This document shows, one piece after another, positions 1 through 9,128 of a DNA stretch of 64,000 bases. Numbering within the stretch: the stretch's first letter is position 1; every line of letters begins with the position of its first letter. The stretch is from the sequence record MH159197.1; one strand, 5' to 3'. The notes beneath the pieces are model-generated. The model was not told the DNA's origin. It was given only the letters and a program-made list of their open reading frames with translations, and did no database searches. Both the position numbers and the translations under genes were made by a program. Source of the stretch: Staphylococcus phage VB_SavM_JYL01.

Positions 1-116
1 ATTATTATGATTTTCCAACAACTAAAGGTAAGTTTAAAGATATAATGAAAAGAAAGTCTAGAACAGAACTTAAAAAAGATTTACAAAAAGAGAGGAAAGA
101 TTATCTTGACAAATAA
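1..116 (+). CDS. 3' end of a CDS entering from upstream (5'-truncated); hypothetical protein
   Basis: Open frame from position 3 (..YYDFPTTKGKFKDIMKRKSRTELKKDLQKERKDYLDK*) ending at TAA 114-116. No start is visible inside the window. Confidence 0.25.
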   Translation, partial: YYDFPTTKGKFKDIMKRKSRTELKKDLQKERKDYLDK

Positions 117-229
117 GAGAAAAACAATAGGAAAAATGAGTAATACGAGAGCAACATGGAATATCAACCCTGTAACTAAGGTTAAAAAAGATAAAACAAA
201 ATATTCTAGAAAAAATAAGCATAAAGGTC

Positions 230-258
230 TTGACAACTATAATTAACTAAGGTATATT
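230..258 (+). promoter_or_regulatory. sigmaA-type promoter (TTGACA-17-TATATT)
   Basis: TTGACA at 230-235, 17-nt spacer, TATATT at 253-258. It lies 20-30 nt upstream of the RBS of the 289..741 gene. Confidence 0.5.
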
Positions 259-288
259 ATTAGTATAACAAAAAAGGAGATGAATTAC

Positions 289-741
289 ATGAGTACATTT
301 TGGTCAAAAAGAAGAACAACAGGTAAGGACAGACAAGTAAAGAAACATTATACTCAAATGTCTTTACAAGAAAAGAAGAAGTGTGTTAATCTATTACAAG
401 ATACAATTAATACGCATAAGTATTTAGAACTATCAAGTCATTGTAAAACTAAACTTAAAAATAAAATTAATTTTAGTAATCTAGTAAGATTTATTTTTAA
501 GGATAGAAATGCACCATTTAATATTATTGAGTATAATATTACAGATTTTCATGGTAAAGAACAAAGAAGAATAATTTTTAAAAGCCCTACTATTGTAACT
601 ATAGAAGGAGTAAGTAGTTATCAGTACTTAGTTATTAACTTAGAAGATGGTACAATAATAACTACATACTATAATGGTATTACAGATACACATAAAACAT
701 TAGATTTAAAATATTATAATAAAAACTTGACAATTAAATAA
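289..741 (+). CDS. hypothetical protein (150 aa)
   Basis: The ORF track starts at ATG 280, which abuts the AAAGGAG RBS at 273-279 with zero spacing. ATG 289 has about 9 nt spacing and is preferred. Confidence 0.5.
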   Translation: MSTFWSKRRTTGKDRQVKKHYTQMSLQEKKKCVNLLQDTINTHKYLELSSHCKTKLKNKINFSNLVRFIFKDRNAPFNIIEYNITDFHGKEQRRIIFKSPTIVTIEGVSSYQYLVINLEDGTIITTYYNGITDTHKTLDLKYYNKNLTIK

Positions 742-753
742 GGAGGAATTATA

Positions 754-948
754 ATGGGATTAATATTTGTAAATAGTTATTTTATAATATCAAACATATT
801 AATTATTGTGTTTAGTAAATTAAATAGTAAAAAAAAGGTAACAGAAAAAACTCTAGCTACAAGTAATCTTTTATTAACAATATCATATATTCAACTATTA
901 GCATTTTTAATCATTAATGGTATTTACTACTCATTAAAATATATGTAA
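754..948 (+). CDS. small hydrophobic/membrane protein (64 aa)
   Basis: AGGAGG RBS at 741-746, 7 nt before the ATG. Two hydrophobic segments (IISNILIIVF.., LLLTISYIQLLAFLIINGIYY). Confidence 0.5.
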   Translation: MGLIFVNSYFIISNILIIVFSKLNSKKKVTEKTLATSNLLLTISYIQLLAFLIINGIYYSLKYM

Positions 949-956
949 AAAAAGTA

Positions 957-985
957 TTGACAGAATAAAAATAATAAACTATAAT
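957..985 (+). promoter_or_regulatory. consensus sigmaA promoter (TTGACA-17-TATAAT)
   Basis: TTGACA 957-962, 17-nt spacer, TATAAT 980-985. Upstream of the RBS AAGGAG at 1003-1008. Confidence 0.6.
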
Positions 986-1018
986 ACAGATATAACAAAT
1001 TAAAGGAGAAGATATAAA

Positions 1019-1330
1019 ATGTCACAAGATAAATTAAGAGCAATTTACACAGAAATGAAAGTAGAATTACACAAATTTCCTAAAGAGGTAGATGTAACAA
1101 GTAAATCAACTGCAATTGCAATCAATCAGATTCTAGATAAATTTAAAACATTAACTGAACAAGCAGGGAAAATTACGAGAAAATATCTAGAAGGTCAAGA
1201 AATATTAACTATTGATTATGAGTATTATGATTCATTACAAGAATACTATATCTACCTACTTAGAAACAGTGAAAAGATTGAACAAAGTTTACAAGAAATC
1301 ACTAAGCGTACAGGTGAATATGTAAAGTAA
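1019..1330 (+). CDS. hypothetical protein (103 aa)
   Basis: AAGGAG RBS 10 nt upstream. It has its own promoter and is followed by a hairpin region. Confidence 0.5.
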   Translation: MSQDKLRAIYTEMKVELHKFPKEVDVTSKSTAIAINQILDKFKTLTEQAGKITRKYLEGQEILTIDYEYYDSLQEYYIYLLRNSEKIEQSLQEITKRTGEYVK

Positions 1331-1374
1331 TTTTGATTTAAAAACAAAATATGATATACTATGTTTAAAGTAGT

Positions 1375-1441
1375 AAGCCTACACTAGTCCGTGTTATATT
1401 AATATTGAATCGGATAAGCGTAGGCTTTATTAATATTTAAA
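1375..1441 (+). terminator. putative composite intrinsic terminator
   Basis: AAGCCTAC at 1375-1382 pairs with GTAGGCTT at 1430-1437, followed by a TATTAATATTT tract. The long loop contains a TCCG/CGGA sub-stem and an ATATTAATAT palindrome. Confidence 0.35.
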
Positions 1442-1461
1442 AAAGGAAGGTATATCATATT

Positions 1462-1920
1462 ATGGCAGAAGAAATTAAAAAGGAACAAGATGTACAAGAA
1501 ACAACTAAAGAAGATAAAAAAGATGTTAGTAAAATGACACCGGAAGAAATAGATAAATTAAAATATCAAGATAAGCAAGAAAAAGAACAAGTAATTAACA
1601 AAGTTATTAAAGGTGTTAATGATACTTGGGAAAAAGAATATAACTTTGAAGAATTAGATTTAAGATTTAAAGTTAAAATTAAATTACCTAATGCACGAGA
1701 ACAAGGTAACATATTTGCGTTACGTTCTGCTTACTTAGGTGGTATGGATATGTATCAAACAGACCAAGTAATTAGAGCATACCAAATGTTAGCTACATTA
1801 CAAGAAGTAGGTATTGAAGTTCCTAAGGAATTCCAAGACCCTGATGATATCTATAACTTATATCCTTTAACTGTTATGTATGAAGATTGGTTAGGATTCT
1901 TAAACTCCTTTCGTTACTAA
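1462..1920 (+). CDS. hypothetical protein; possible tail assembly chaperone (152 aa)
   Basis: AAGGAAGG RBS. The position (two small genes immediately upstream of the tape measure gene) is typical of gpG/GT-type chaperones. No frameshift overlap is seen. Confidence 0.4.
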   Translation: MAEEIKKEQDVQETTKEDKKDVSKMTPEEIDKLKYQDKQEKEQVINKVIKGVNDTWEKEYNFEELDLRFKVKIKLPNAREQGNIFALRSAYLGGMDMYQTDQVIRAYQMLATLQEVGIEVPKEFQDPDDIYNLYPLTVMYEDWLGFLNSFRY

Positions 1921-1954
1921 TAGTATAGAAACATTAGATAAAGATATAGAACGA

Positions 1955-2500
1955 TTGGGTGGTATGGAATCAATTGTTAAACAACCTTTATCTAGAAATC
2001 TATGGGCTATTATGAAAGAGTTTAATGTTTTGCCTACTGAGCAAAGATTTAAGGATTTAGACGATTATCAAATAGAGTTTATTATTGGTAATATGAATAG
2101 AGATGTTTATGAACATAATAAACAACTTAAACAAGCTCAAAAAGGTGGAAAATTCGATAGTCAATTTGAAGATGACGATAGTAGTTGGTGGAATGAATCT
2201 CATGAAGACTTTGACCCGGTACCTGATTTCTTAGATGCCGATGACTTAGCACAACAGATGGAAGCTAAATTATCTGATAGAGATAAGGAAGAAAGAGCTA
2301 AGAGAAATGATGCAGAGTTAAATGATGAAACAGAAGGACTCACTACACAACATCTTGCTATGATGGAATACATTAGAAGAAAACAAGAAGAATTAGATGA
2401 TGAAGTAGGAAATGGTAAAACTAGTGAAGATGATGCTACTATAACACAAGAGAGCGTTAATAAAGCACTAGAAGACCTAGATGATGACTGGTATATGTAA
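1955..2500 (+). CDS. strongly acidic protein; possible tail assembly chaperone (181 aa)
   Basis: Very D/E-rich (DDDSSWWNESHEDFDPVPDFLDADDL..). The track start is TTG 1955; ATG 1964 is an alternative start. It sits directly upstream of the TMP gene. Confidence 0.4.
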   Translation: MGGMESIVKQPLSRNLWAIMKEFNVLPTEQRFKDLDDYQIEFIIGNMNRDVYEHNKQLKQAQKGGKFDSQFEDDDSSWWNESHEDFDPVPDFLDADDLAQQMEAKLSDRDKEERAKRNDAELNDETEGLTTQHLAMMEYIRRKQEELDDEVGNGKTSEDDATITQESVNKALEDLDDDWYM

Positions 2501-2501
2501 A

Positions 2502-2535
2502 GGGTGGTAGGTGATACTACCATCCTTATTTTTTT
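2502..2535 (+). terminator. intrinsic terminator directly upstream of the TMP gene
   Basis: GGGTGGTAG (2502-2510) pairs with CTACCATCC (2517-2525), a 9-bp stem with one G-U pair. Loop GTGATA, then TTATTTTTTT. Confidence 0.65.
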
Positions 2536-2552
2536 AAAATGGATGGTGAATA

Positions 2553-5500
2553 ATGATGGCAATGAATGACGATTATAGATTGGTCTTATCCGGTGATAGT
2601 TCGGATTTAGAGAATAGTCTGAAGGCAATAGAACTTTATATGGATTCCCTAGAATCTAAAAATATTGATGCCCCTTTAGACAATTTCTTAAAGAAATTAA
2701 AAGTAATTGCTAAAGAAGTTAAAAATGTACAGAACTCAATGGATAAACAAGAAGGTAAATCTGTCATATCTTCTAAAGATATGGATGAATCTATTAAATC
2801 CACTCAATCTGCTACAAAGAATATAAATGAATTAAAGAAAGCCTTAGATGACCTTCAAAAAGAAAATATATCTAAAGGTATTGCACCTGACCCTGAAGTT
2901 GAAAAAGCATATGCTAAGATGGGTAAAGTTGTAGATGAAACTCAAGAAAAACTTGAGAAAATGTCTTCACAAAAAATAGGCTCAGACGCTAGTATACAAA
3001 ATAGAATTAAGGAAATGAAAACCTTAAATCAAGTAACAGAAGAATATAATAAGATAAGTAAAGATTCTAGTGCTACTAAAGACTATACTAAACGTTTAAG
3101 AGCTAATCGTAATATGACTAGAGGGTATATGGAGCGTTCAGAAGGAACAGGACGTTTAACATATGACCAAGGGGCACGAGTTAGAAGTGAACTAGGTAAG
3201 ATAGGTTCTTATGAAAGTCAAAGAAAACAAAATCAACGCAACTTAGGTCAAGCAAGAGAACAATATAGTAATTATAGAAACCAACAACAAGACCTGACTA
3301 AACGTAGAGCTAGTGGTCAAATAAATAAAGCTCAGTATGAACAAGAATTAGCTTCTATTAAGCAGGAAATGAAAGCTAGAGAAGAACTTATATCTAACTA
3401 TGAGAAATTAGGAGCAGAGCTTGATAAAACTGTTCAATACTATAAAGGTTCAGTTCAGAAAGATTTCCAATCTAGAGATGTAGACCAACAACGAGGAACA
3501 TTTGGTAGAATGGTTCAAGAGCGTTTACCATCTATCGGTTCTCATGCTATGATGGGAACTACAGCTATGGCTACGGGTTTATACATGAAAGGTGCTTCAT
3601 TAAGTGAAACTAATAGACCAATGGTTACATCACTAGGTCAAAACTCAGATAATATGGATATAGATTCTGTAAGAAATGCATATGGAGACTTGTCAATTGA
3701 TAACAAATTAGGTTATAATAGTACTGACATGTTGAAAATGGCTACTTCATATGAAGCATCTGTAGGACATAAAAGTGATGAGGATACAATGGCAGGAACT
3801 AAACAACTTGCTATTGGAGGACGTTCTTTAGGTATTAAAGACCAAGAAGCTTATCAAGAGTCTATGGGTCAGATAATGCATACTGGTGGAGTAAATTCCG
3901 ATAACATGAAGGAGATGCAAGATGCATTCCTAGGCGGGATTAAACAATCAGGTATGGTTGGTCGTCAAGATGAACAACTTAAAGCATTAGGTTCTATAGC
4001 TGAACAATCAGGAGAAGGAAGAACTTTAACTAAAGACCAAATGAGTAATCTTACTGCTATGCAATCTACTTTTGCAGAGTCAGGAAGTAAAGGATTACAA
4101 GGTGAACAAGGTGCCAATGCTATTAATAGTATAGACCAAGGACTTAAAAATGGTATGAATAGTTCTTATGCTCGTATAGCAATGGGATGGGGAACACAGT
4201 ACCAAGGTCTTGAAGGTGGATATGATTTACAAAAACGTATGGATGAAGGTATATCTAACCCTGAAAACTTGACAGACATGGCTGATATGGCTACTCAAAT
4301 GGGTGGTAGTGAAAAAGAACAAAAATACCTATTCAATAGAAGTATGAAAGAAATAGGTGCTAACTTAACTATGGAGCAATCTGATGAGATATTTAAAGAT
4401 GCTCAATCCGGAAAATTATCTAAAGAAGAGTTAGCTAAAAAAGCTAAGAAAATGGAAAAAGAAGGTAAAAAAGAAGGAGAAGATAACGCCACTGATTATA
4501 AAGAATCTAAATCAGGAAAAAATGACCAAAATAAATCTAAGACTGATGATAAGGCAGAAGATACTTATGATATGGCTCAACCATTAAGAGATGCTCATAG
4601 TGCTTTAGCAGGGCTACCTGCTCCTATATATTTAGCAATAGGAGCTATTGGAGCATTTACAGCATCACTAATTGCATCTGCAAGTCAATTTGGGGCAGGT
4701 CATTTAATAGGTAAAGGAGCTAAAGGACTTAGAAATAAATTTGGCAGAAATAAGGGTGGTAGCTCCGGAGGTAACCCTATGGCAGGAGGAATGCCTACTG
4801 GAGGAGGTTCACCTAAAGGCGGAGGCTCTCCTAAAGGTGGCGGTACTCGTTCTACTGGAGGTAAAATACTTGATAGTGCTAAAGGATTAGGAGGATTCCT
4901 AGTCGGTGGAGCAGGATGGAAAGGTATGTTTGGTGGAGAATCTAAAGGTAAAGGATTTAAACAAACATCTAAAGAAGCCTGGTCAGGTACTAGAAAAGTA
5001 TTTAACAGAGACAATGGTAGAAAAGCCATGGATAAATCTAAAGATATAGCTAAAGGTACTGGTAGCGGTCTTAAAGATATTTATAATGATAGTATATTTG
5101 GAAAAGAAAGAAGACAAAATCTAGGAGATAAAGCTAAAGGTTTTGGTGGAAAAGCTAAAGGTCTCTATGGTAAATTTGCTGATAAGTTTGGTGATGGTGG
5201 TAAAAATGGTATCCTTTCACAATCACCAAAAGCAGGCGGTAGCGGGCTAGGAAAACTAGGAAAACTTGCAGGTGGACTTGGAAAAGGAGCCGGAGTTTTA
5301 GGTGTTGCTACATCTGCCTTATCATTGATACCTGCTTTAGCTTCCGGTGATAGTAAAGCTATCGGCGGAGGTATAGGCTCTATGGGCGGAGGAATGGCAG
5401 GTGCATCAGCAGGAGCTTCTATTGGAGCTTTATTTGGTGGTGTAGGTGCAATACCTGGAGCTTTAATAGGCGGAGCTATAGGTTCTTTTGGTGGAGGAGC

Positions 5501-6611
5501 TGTTGGTGAAAAAGTCGGAGACATGGCTAAGAAGGCTAACACTAAAGAAGGATGGAACCTAGGATGGACTAATGGAGATAAAGACGGTAAGAATAAATTC
5601 CAAGATTCTTTATTAGGAAAACCTATATCTAAAGCATGGAGCGGTATAACAGGTCTCTTTGATAATGACGCTGAAGCATCTGAAGAAGATAGCAAAGATA
5701 AGAAAAAAGGCGTTAAAGGTGTTAAAGGAGATACTAAGAAGAAAGAAAAAATGACAGCAGAACAACTTAGAGAAAAGAATAACCAATCTGAAACTAAGAA
5801 TCTTAAAATCTATAGTGATTTACTTGATAGGGCTCAGAAAATTATTGAGAGTGCTAAAGGTATTAATATAGATGGAGGAACTTCTGATAGTGGTTCTGAT
5901 AGCGGAGGCTCTGCATCTGATGTAGGTGGAGAAGGCGCAGAGAAAATGTATAAGTTCCTTAAAGGAAAAGGACTATCTGACAATCAGGTAGGAGCTGTTA
6001 TGGGGAACTTACAACAAGAATCTAATCTTGACCCTAATGCTAAGAATGCCTCTAGTGGTGCATTTGGTATTGCTCAGTGGTTAGGGGCTAGAAAAACAGG
6101 ATTAGAAAACTTTGCTAAATCTAAAGGTAAAAAATCTAGTGACATGGATGTTCAATTAGATTACCTATGGAAAGAGATGCAGTCTGATTATGAAAGTAAT
6201 AATCTTAAAAATGCCGGATGGAGTAAAGGCGGAAGCTTAGAACAGAATACAAAAGCATTTGCTACCGGATTTGAACGTATGGGAGCAAACGAGGCTATGA
6301 TGGGTACTCGTGTTAACAATGCTAAAGAATTCAAGAAGAAATACGGAGGCTCCGGTGGCGGAGGAGGTGGAGGAGCTCTATCCTCTACTTACCAAGAAGC
6401 TATGAGTAACCCTGTATTAACTACTGGTTCTAACTATAAAGGCTCTAATGATGCTTCTAATGCTTCTACAACTAATAGAATAACAGTTAATGTTAACGTT
6501 CAAGGTGGAAATAATCCTGAAGAAACTGGAGACATTATCGGAGGAAGAATTAGAGAAGTTCTAGACAGCAACATGGATATTTTTGCAAATGAACATAAGA
6601 GAAGTTACTAG
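2553..6611 (+). CDS. tail tape measure protein with lysozyme-like/transglycosylase-type domain
   Basis: Protein of 1351-1352 aa. ATG 2556 is preferred because the GGTGA RBS gives 6 nt spacing, yielding 1351 aa. Coiled-coil N-terminal half, glycine-zipper hydrophobic segments and a Gly-rich low-complexity region. Residues around 1145-1260 (GLSDNQVGAVMGNLQQESNLDPNAKNASSGAFGIAQWLG..) resemble phage tail lysozyme/SLT domains. Length matches the Kayvirus TMP. Confidence 0.85.
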   Translation: MMAMNDDYRLVLSGDSSDLENSLKAIELYMDSLESKNIDAPLDNFLKKLKVIAKEVKNVQNSMDKQEGKSVISSKDMDESIKSTQSATKNINELKKALDDLQKENISKGIAPDPEVEKAYAKMGKVVDETQEKLEKMSSQKIGSDASIQNRIKEMKTLNQVTEEYNKISKDSSATKDYTKRLRANRNMTRGYMERSEGTGRLTYDQGARVRSELGKIGSYESQRKQNQRNLGQAREQYSNYRNQQQDLTKRRASGQINKAQYEQELASIKQEMKAREELISNYEKLGAELDKTVQYYKGSVQKDFQSRDVDQQRGTFGRMVQERLPSIGSHAMMGTTAMATGLYMKGASLSETNRPMVTSLGQNSDNMDIDSVRNAYGDLSIDNKLGYNSTDMLKMATSYEASVGHKSDEDTMAGTKQLAIGGRSLGIKDQEAYQESMGQIMHTGGVNSDNMKEMQDAFLGGIKQSGMVGRQDEQLKALGSIAEQSGEGRTLTKDQMSNLTAMQSTFAESGSKGLQGEQGANAINSIDQGLKNGMNSSYARIAMGWGTQYQGLEGGYDLQKRMDEGISNPENLTDMADMATQMGGSEKEQKYLFNRSMKEIGANLTMEQSDEIFKDAQSGKLSKEELAKKAKKMEKEGKKEGEDNATDYKESKSGKNDQNKSKTDDKAEDTYDMAQPLRDAHSALAGLPAPIYLAIGAIGAFTASLIASASQFGAGHLIGKGAKGLRNKFGRNKGGSSGGNPMAGGMPTGGGSPKGGGSPKGGGTRSTGGKILDSAKGLGGFLVGGAGWKGMFGGESKGKGFKQTSKEAWSGTRKVFNRDNGRKAMDKSKDIAKGTGSGLKDIYNDSIFGKERRQNLGDKAKGFGGKAKGLYGKFADKFGDGGKNGILSQSPKAGGSGLGKLGKLAGGLGKGAGVLGVATSALSLIPALASGDSKAIGGGIGSMGGGMAGASAGASIGALFGGVGAIPGALIGGAIGSFGGGAVGEKVGDMAKKANTKEGWNLGWTNGDKDGKNKFQDSLLGKPISKAWSGITGLFDNDAEASEEDSKDKKKGVKGVKGDTKKKEKMTAEQLREKNNQSETKNLKIYSDLLDRAQKIIESAKGINIDGGTSDSGSDSGGSASDVGGEGAEKMYKFLKGKGLSDNQVGAVMGNLQQESNLDPNAKNASSGAFGIAQWLGARKTGLENFAKSKGKKSSDMDVQLDYLWKEMQSDYESNNLKNAGWSKGGSLEQNTKAFATGFERMGANEAMMGTRVNNAKEFKKKYGGSGGGGGGGALSSTYQEAMSNPVLTTGSNYKGSNDASNASTTNRITVNVNVQGGNNPEETGDIIGGRIREVLDSNMDIFANEHKRSY
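4801..4848 (+). repeat. tandem 18-nt coding repeat (GGSPKGGG x2) inside the TMP gene
   Basis: ggaggttcacctaaaggc / ggaggctctcctaaaggt encodes GGSPKGGGSPKGGG. It lies within the Gly-rich segment. Confidence 0.6.
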
Positions 6612-6621
6612 TAATTTTGTA

Positions 6622-6650
6622 TTGACACAAGAGTAGTATCATAGTATACT
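6622..6650 (+). promoter_or_regulatory. sigmaA-type promoter (TTGACA-17-TATACT) overlapped by a perfect 9-bp inverted repeat
   Basis: TTGACA 6622-6627, TATACT 6645-6650. The inverted repeat GAGTAGTAT (6631-6639) / ATACTACTC (6646-6654) spans the spacer and -10 box. Confidence 0.55.
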
Positions 6651-6688
6651 ACTCTTATACATATAAAAATAAAAGGAAGTATGTGTAT

Positions 6689-9115
6689 ATGAAAAGATTA
6701 AGAAGACCTAAGGTAAGAATAGAGATAGTTACAGATGATAATACATTTACATTAAGATTTGAAGATACACGTGACTACAATGGTGATGAGTTCGGAGCTA
6801 AACTTTTAGGTTTCCAAACTAAAAACTCTATGGAAGATGATAGTTCTGTATTCCAAATCAATATGGCAGGAGATACTTACTGGGATAAGTTAGTTATGGC
6901 TAACGATATAATCAGAATATTTATTACACCTAATGATGACCCTAATGATAAAGAAGGTCGTCAAGAACGTTTAATCCAAGTAGGTATGGTATCACAAGTA
7001 TCAAAAGTAGGTAGTTATGGTAATGACCAAACTCAATTTAGGATAACAGGTCAATCTTTTGTAAAACCTTTTATGAAATTTGGATTAGGAGTTATTCAGG
7101 AAGTTCAAGCTGTATTACCTGAAGTAGGTTGGCTTATTGATGGTGACGGAGATAATGAAGTAAAATTTACTGGTAGCTCAGCCCATGAAGTAATGACAGG
7201 AATTATACGTAGATTCATACCATATATGAAGTATAACTATACTGAAAAAACATATAATACAATTGATAACTATCTTGATTATGATGATTTAAGTAGTTGG
7301 GATGAATTTGAAAATTTGACAGAAGTATCTGCTTTTACTAATTTTGATGGCTCATTAAAACAGTTGATGGATATGGTAACAGCTAGACCCTTTAATGAAT
7401 TGTTCTTCAAAAACTCTGAAAAAACACCTGGTAAAGCACAACTTGTATTAAGAAAAACCCCTTTTAATCCTACTGAGTGGAGAGCTTTAGATATGATTAA
7501 AGTACCTACTGAAGACTTTATTGAAGAAGATGTAGGTAAAAGTGACGTAGAGACATATTCTATATTTACAGCTACACCTGCAGGTATGTTAAAAGAACTT
7601 AATGGTGATGTATTTTCTAAACCACAATTTCACCCTGAATTGACTGATAGATATGGGTATACTAAATTTGAAGTAGAAAATATCTATCTTAGTACTAAAT
7701 CAGGTTCAGCTACTGAAGACTCAGATTCTTCGGGTGATGACAATGGTACTGAAAGAGGAACTTACTCTAAAATTATGAAAGATTTAAGTAACTATGGAAG
7801 AGATAATATATCTAAAGGTATAGATAAGTATACAAGTAAATTATCTTCAAAATATAAAAACTTAAAAAAAGCTCAAGCTAAAAAAATTATAGAGAAATTT
7901 GTCAAAGAAGGAAAAGTAACAGAAAAAGAATACGAGAAGATAACAGGTAATAAAGTAGATGATGAATTAACATCAGATAACAGACCGAAGTTGACAAAGG
8001 ATAAATTAAAGAGTATACTAAAAGAGAAGTTTAAAACACAAGATGATTTTAATAACTCTAAGAAAAAGAAAAAAGCTAAGACAGATGCACTTAAAGAATT
8101 GACAACTAAATATCGTTTCGGTAACAAAACACACGCTACAACTTTGTTAGATGAATATATTAAATACAAAGGAGAACCACCGAATGATGAAGCTTTTGAT
8201 AAATATCTTAAAGCTATTGAAGGTGTTAGTAACGTAGCTACAGACACAGGTTCAGATGCAAGTGATAGTCCTTTAGTTATGTTCTCTAGAATGCTATTTA
8301 ATTGGTATCATGGGAACCCTAACTTCTACGCAGGAGATATTATTGTTTTAGGAGACCCTAAGTATGACCTAGGTAAAAGGTTATTTATTGAGGATAAACA
8401 ACGGGGAGATACTTGGGAATTCTATATTGAGTCTGTAGAACATAAATTTGATTATAAACAAGGTTATTATACAACTGTAGGAGTAACTAGAGGTTTAAAA
8501 GATGCTATCCTAGAAGATGGTAAGGGTAGTCCTCATAGGTTTGCAGGTTTATGGAATCAATCATCAGACTTCATGGGAGGTCTTATGGGTGAAGATACTT
8601 CTAAAGAACTCAAAGAAAAAGGTGTAGCAGAGAAGAAAAGTAGTGGAGATAAAGACGGTGGCTCTGATAGTGGTGGAGCACAAGATGGAGGTTCTCTAGA
8701 TTCACTTAAAAAATATAATGGTAAACTTCCTAAACATGACCCAAGTTTCGTTCAGCCCGGTAACCGACATTACAAGTATCAATGTACTTGGTATGCTTAT
8801 AATAGAAGAGGTCAATTAGGCATTCCTGTGCCTTTATGGGGGGATGCCGCCGACTGGATTGGTGGTGCTAAAAGTGCAGGATATGGAGTAGGTAAGACAC
8901 CAAAACAAGGTGCCTGTGTTATTTGGCAACGAGGAGACAAAGGTGGTTCTAATGCTTATGGTCACGTTGCCTTTGTGGAAAAAGTTTTAGATGGTGGGAA
9001 GAAAATATTCATTTCTGAACATAACTGGGCTACGCCTAATGGTTATGGTACTAGAACAATAGACATGAGCTCTCAAATAGGTAAAGAAGCTCAATTCATT
9101 TACGATAAGAAATAA
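6689..9115 (+). CDS. tail-associated peptidoglycan hydrolase with C-terminal CHAP domain
   Basis: The track start is GTG 6683. ATG 6689, 9 nt after the AAGGAAG RBS, gives 808 aa. The C-terminus (..YQCTWYAYNRRGQLGIP..GACVIWQRGDKGGSNAYGHVAFVEKV..) carries the conserved Cys and His of the CHAP amidase/peptidase fold. Confidence 0.85.
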   Translation: MKRLRRPKVRIEIVTDDNTFTLRFEDTRDYNGDEFGAKLLGFQTKNSMEDDSSVFQINMAGDTYWDKLVMANDIIRIFITPNDDPNDKEGRQERLIQVGMVSQVSKVGSYGNDQTQFRITGQSFVKPFMKFGLGVIQEVQAVLPEVGWLIDGDGDNEVKFTGSSAHEVMTGIIRRFIPYMKYNYTEKTYNTIDNYLDYDDLSSWDEFENLTEVSAFTNFDGSLKQLMDMVTARPFNELFFKNSEKTPGKAQLVLRKTPFNPTEWRALDMIKVPTEDFIEEDVGKSDVETYSIFTATPAGMLKELNGDVFSKPQFHPELTDRYGYTKFEVENIYLSTKSGSATEDSDSSGDDNGTERGTYSKIMKDLSNYGRDNISKGIDKYTSKLSSKYKNLKKAQAKKIIEKFVKEGKVTEKEYEKITGNKVDDELTSDNRPKLTKDKLKSILKEKFKTQDDFNNSKKKKKAKTDALKELTTKYRFGNKTHATTLLDEYIKYKGEPPNDEAFDKYLKAIEGVSNVATDTGSDASDSPLVMFSRMLFNWYHGNPNFYAGDIIVLGDPKYDLGKRLFIEDKQRGDTWEFYIESVEHKFDYKQGYYTTVGVTRGLKDAILEDGKGSPHRFAGLWNQSSDFMGGLMGEDTSKELKEKGVAEKKSSGDKDGGSDSGGAQDGGSLDSLKKYNGKLPKHDPSFVQPGNRHYKYQCTWYAYNRRGQLGIPVPLWGDAADWIGGAKSAGYGVGKTPKQGACVIWQRGDKGGSNAYGHVAFVEKVLDGGKKIFISEHNWATPNGYGTRTIDMSSQIGKEAQFIYDKK

Positions 9116-9128
9116 AGGAGGATAGTCT

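Noticed and set aside
136-246. 36-aa basic ORF (MSNTRATWNINPVTKVKKDKTKYSRKNKHKGLDNYN) upstream of the first gene.
   Set aside because: The AGGA motif is only 3 nt from the ATG. The ORF runs across the promoter at 230-258. Probably non-coding leader or promoter sequence.
727-732. TTGACA hexamer inside the end of the 289..741 gene.
   Set aside because: No -10-like hexamer at 16-18 nt spacing (the downstream sequence is TAATGG). The next gene is 7 nt downstream and translationally coupled instead.
1462-2500. Programmed -1 frameshift between the two chaperone-like genes (gpG/GT paradigm).
   Set aside because: The two ORFs do not overlap; a 34-nt gap with stop codons separates them. No slippery heptamer is visible near the end of the first ORF.
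2200-2628. Minus-strand 142-aa Ser-rich ORF.
   Set aside because: Antisense to the acidic chaperone-like gene and the TMP start. Low-complexity, no RBS, and it crosses a + strand terminator.
4700-5695. Two minus-strand ORFs (4700..5029 and 5165..5695) encoding Pro-rich proteins.
   Set aside because: They are antisense to the Gly-rich (GGN-codon) part of the tape measure gene. Read backwards, GGN becomes NCC (Pro). They have no RBS and are fully embedded in a high-confidence gene. Compositional artefact.
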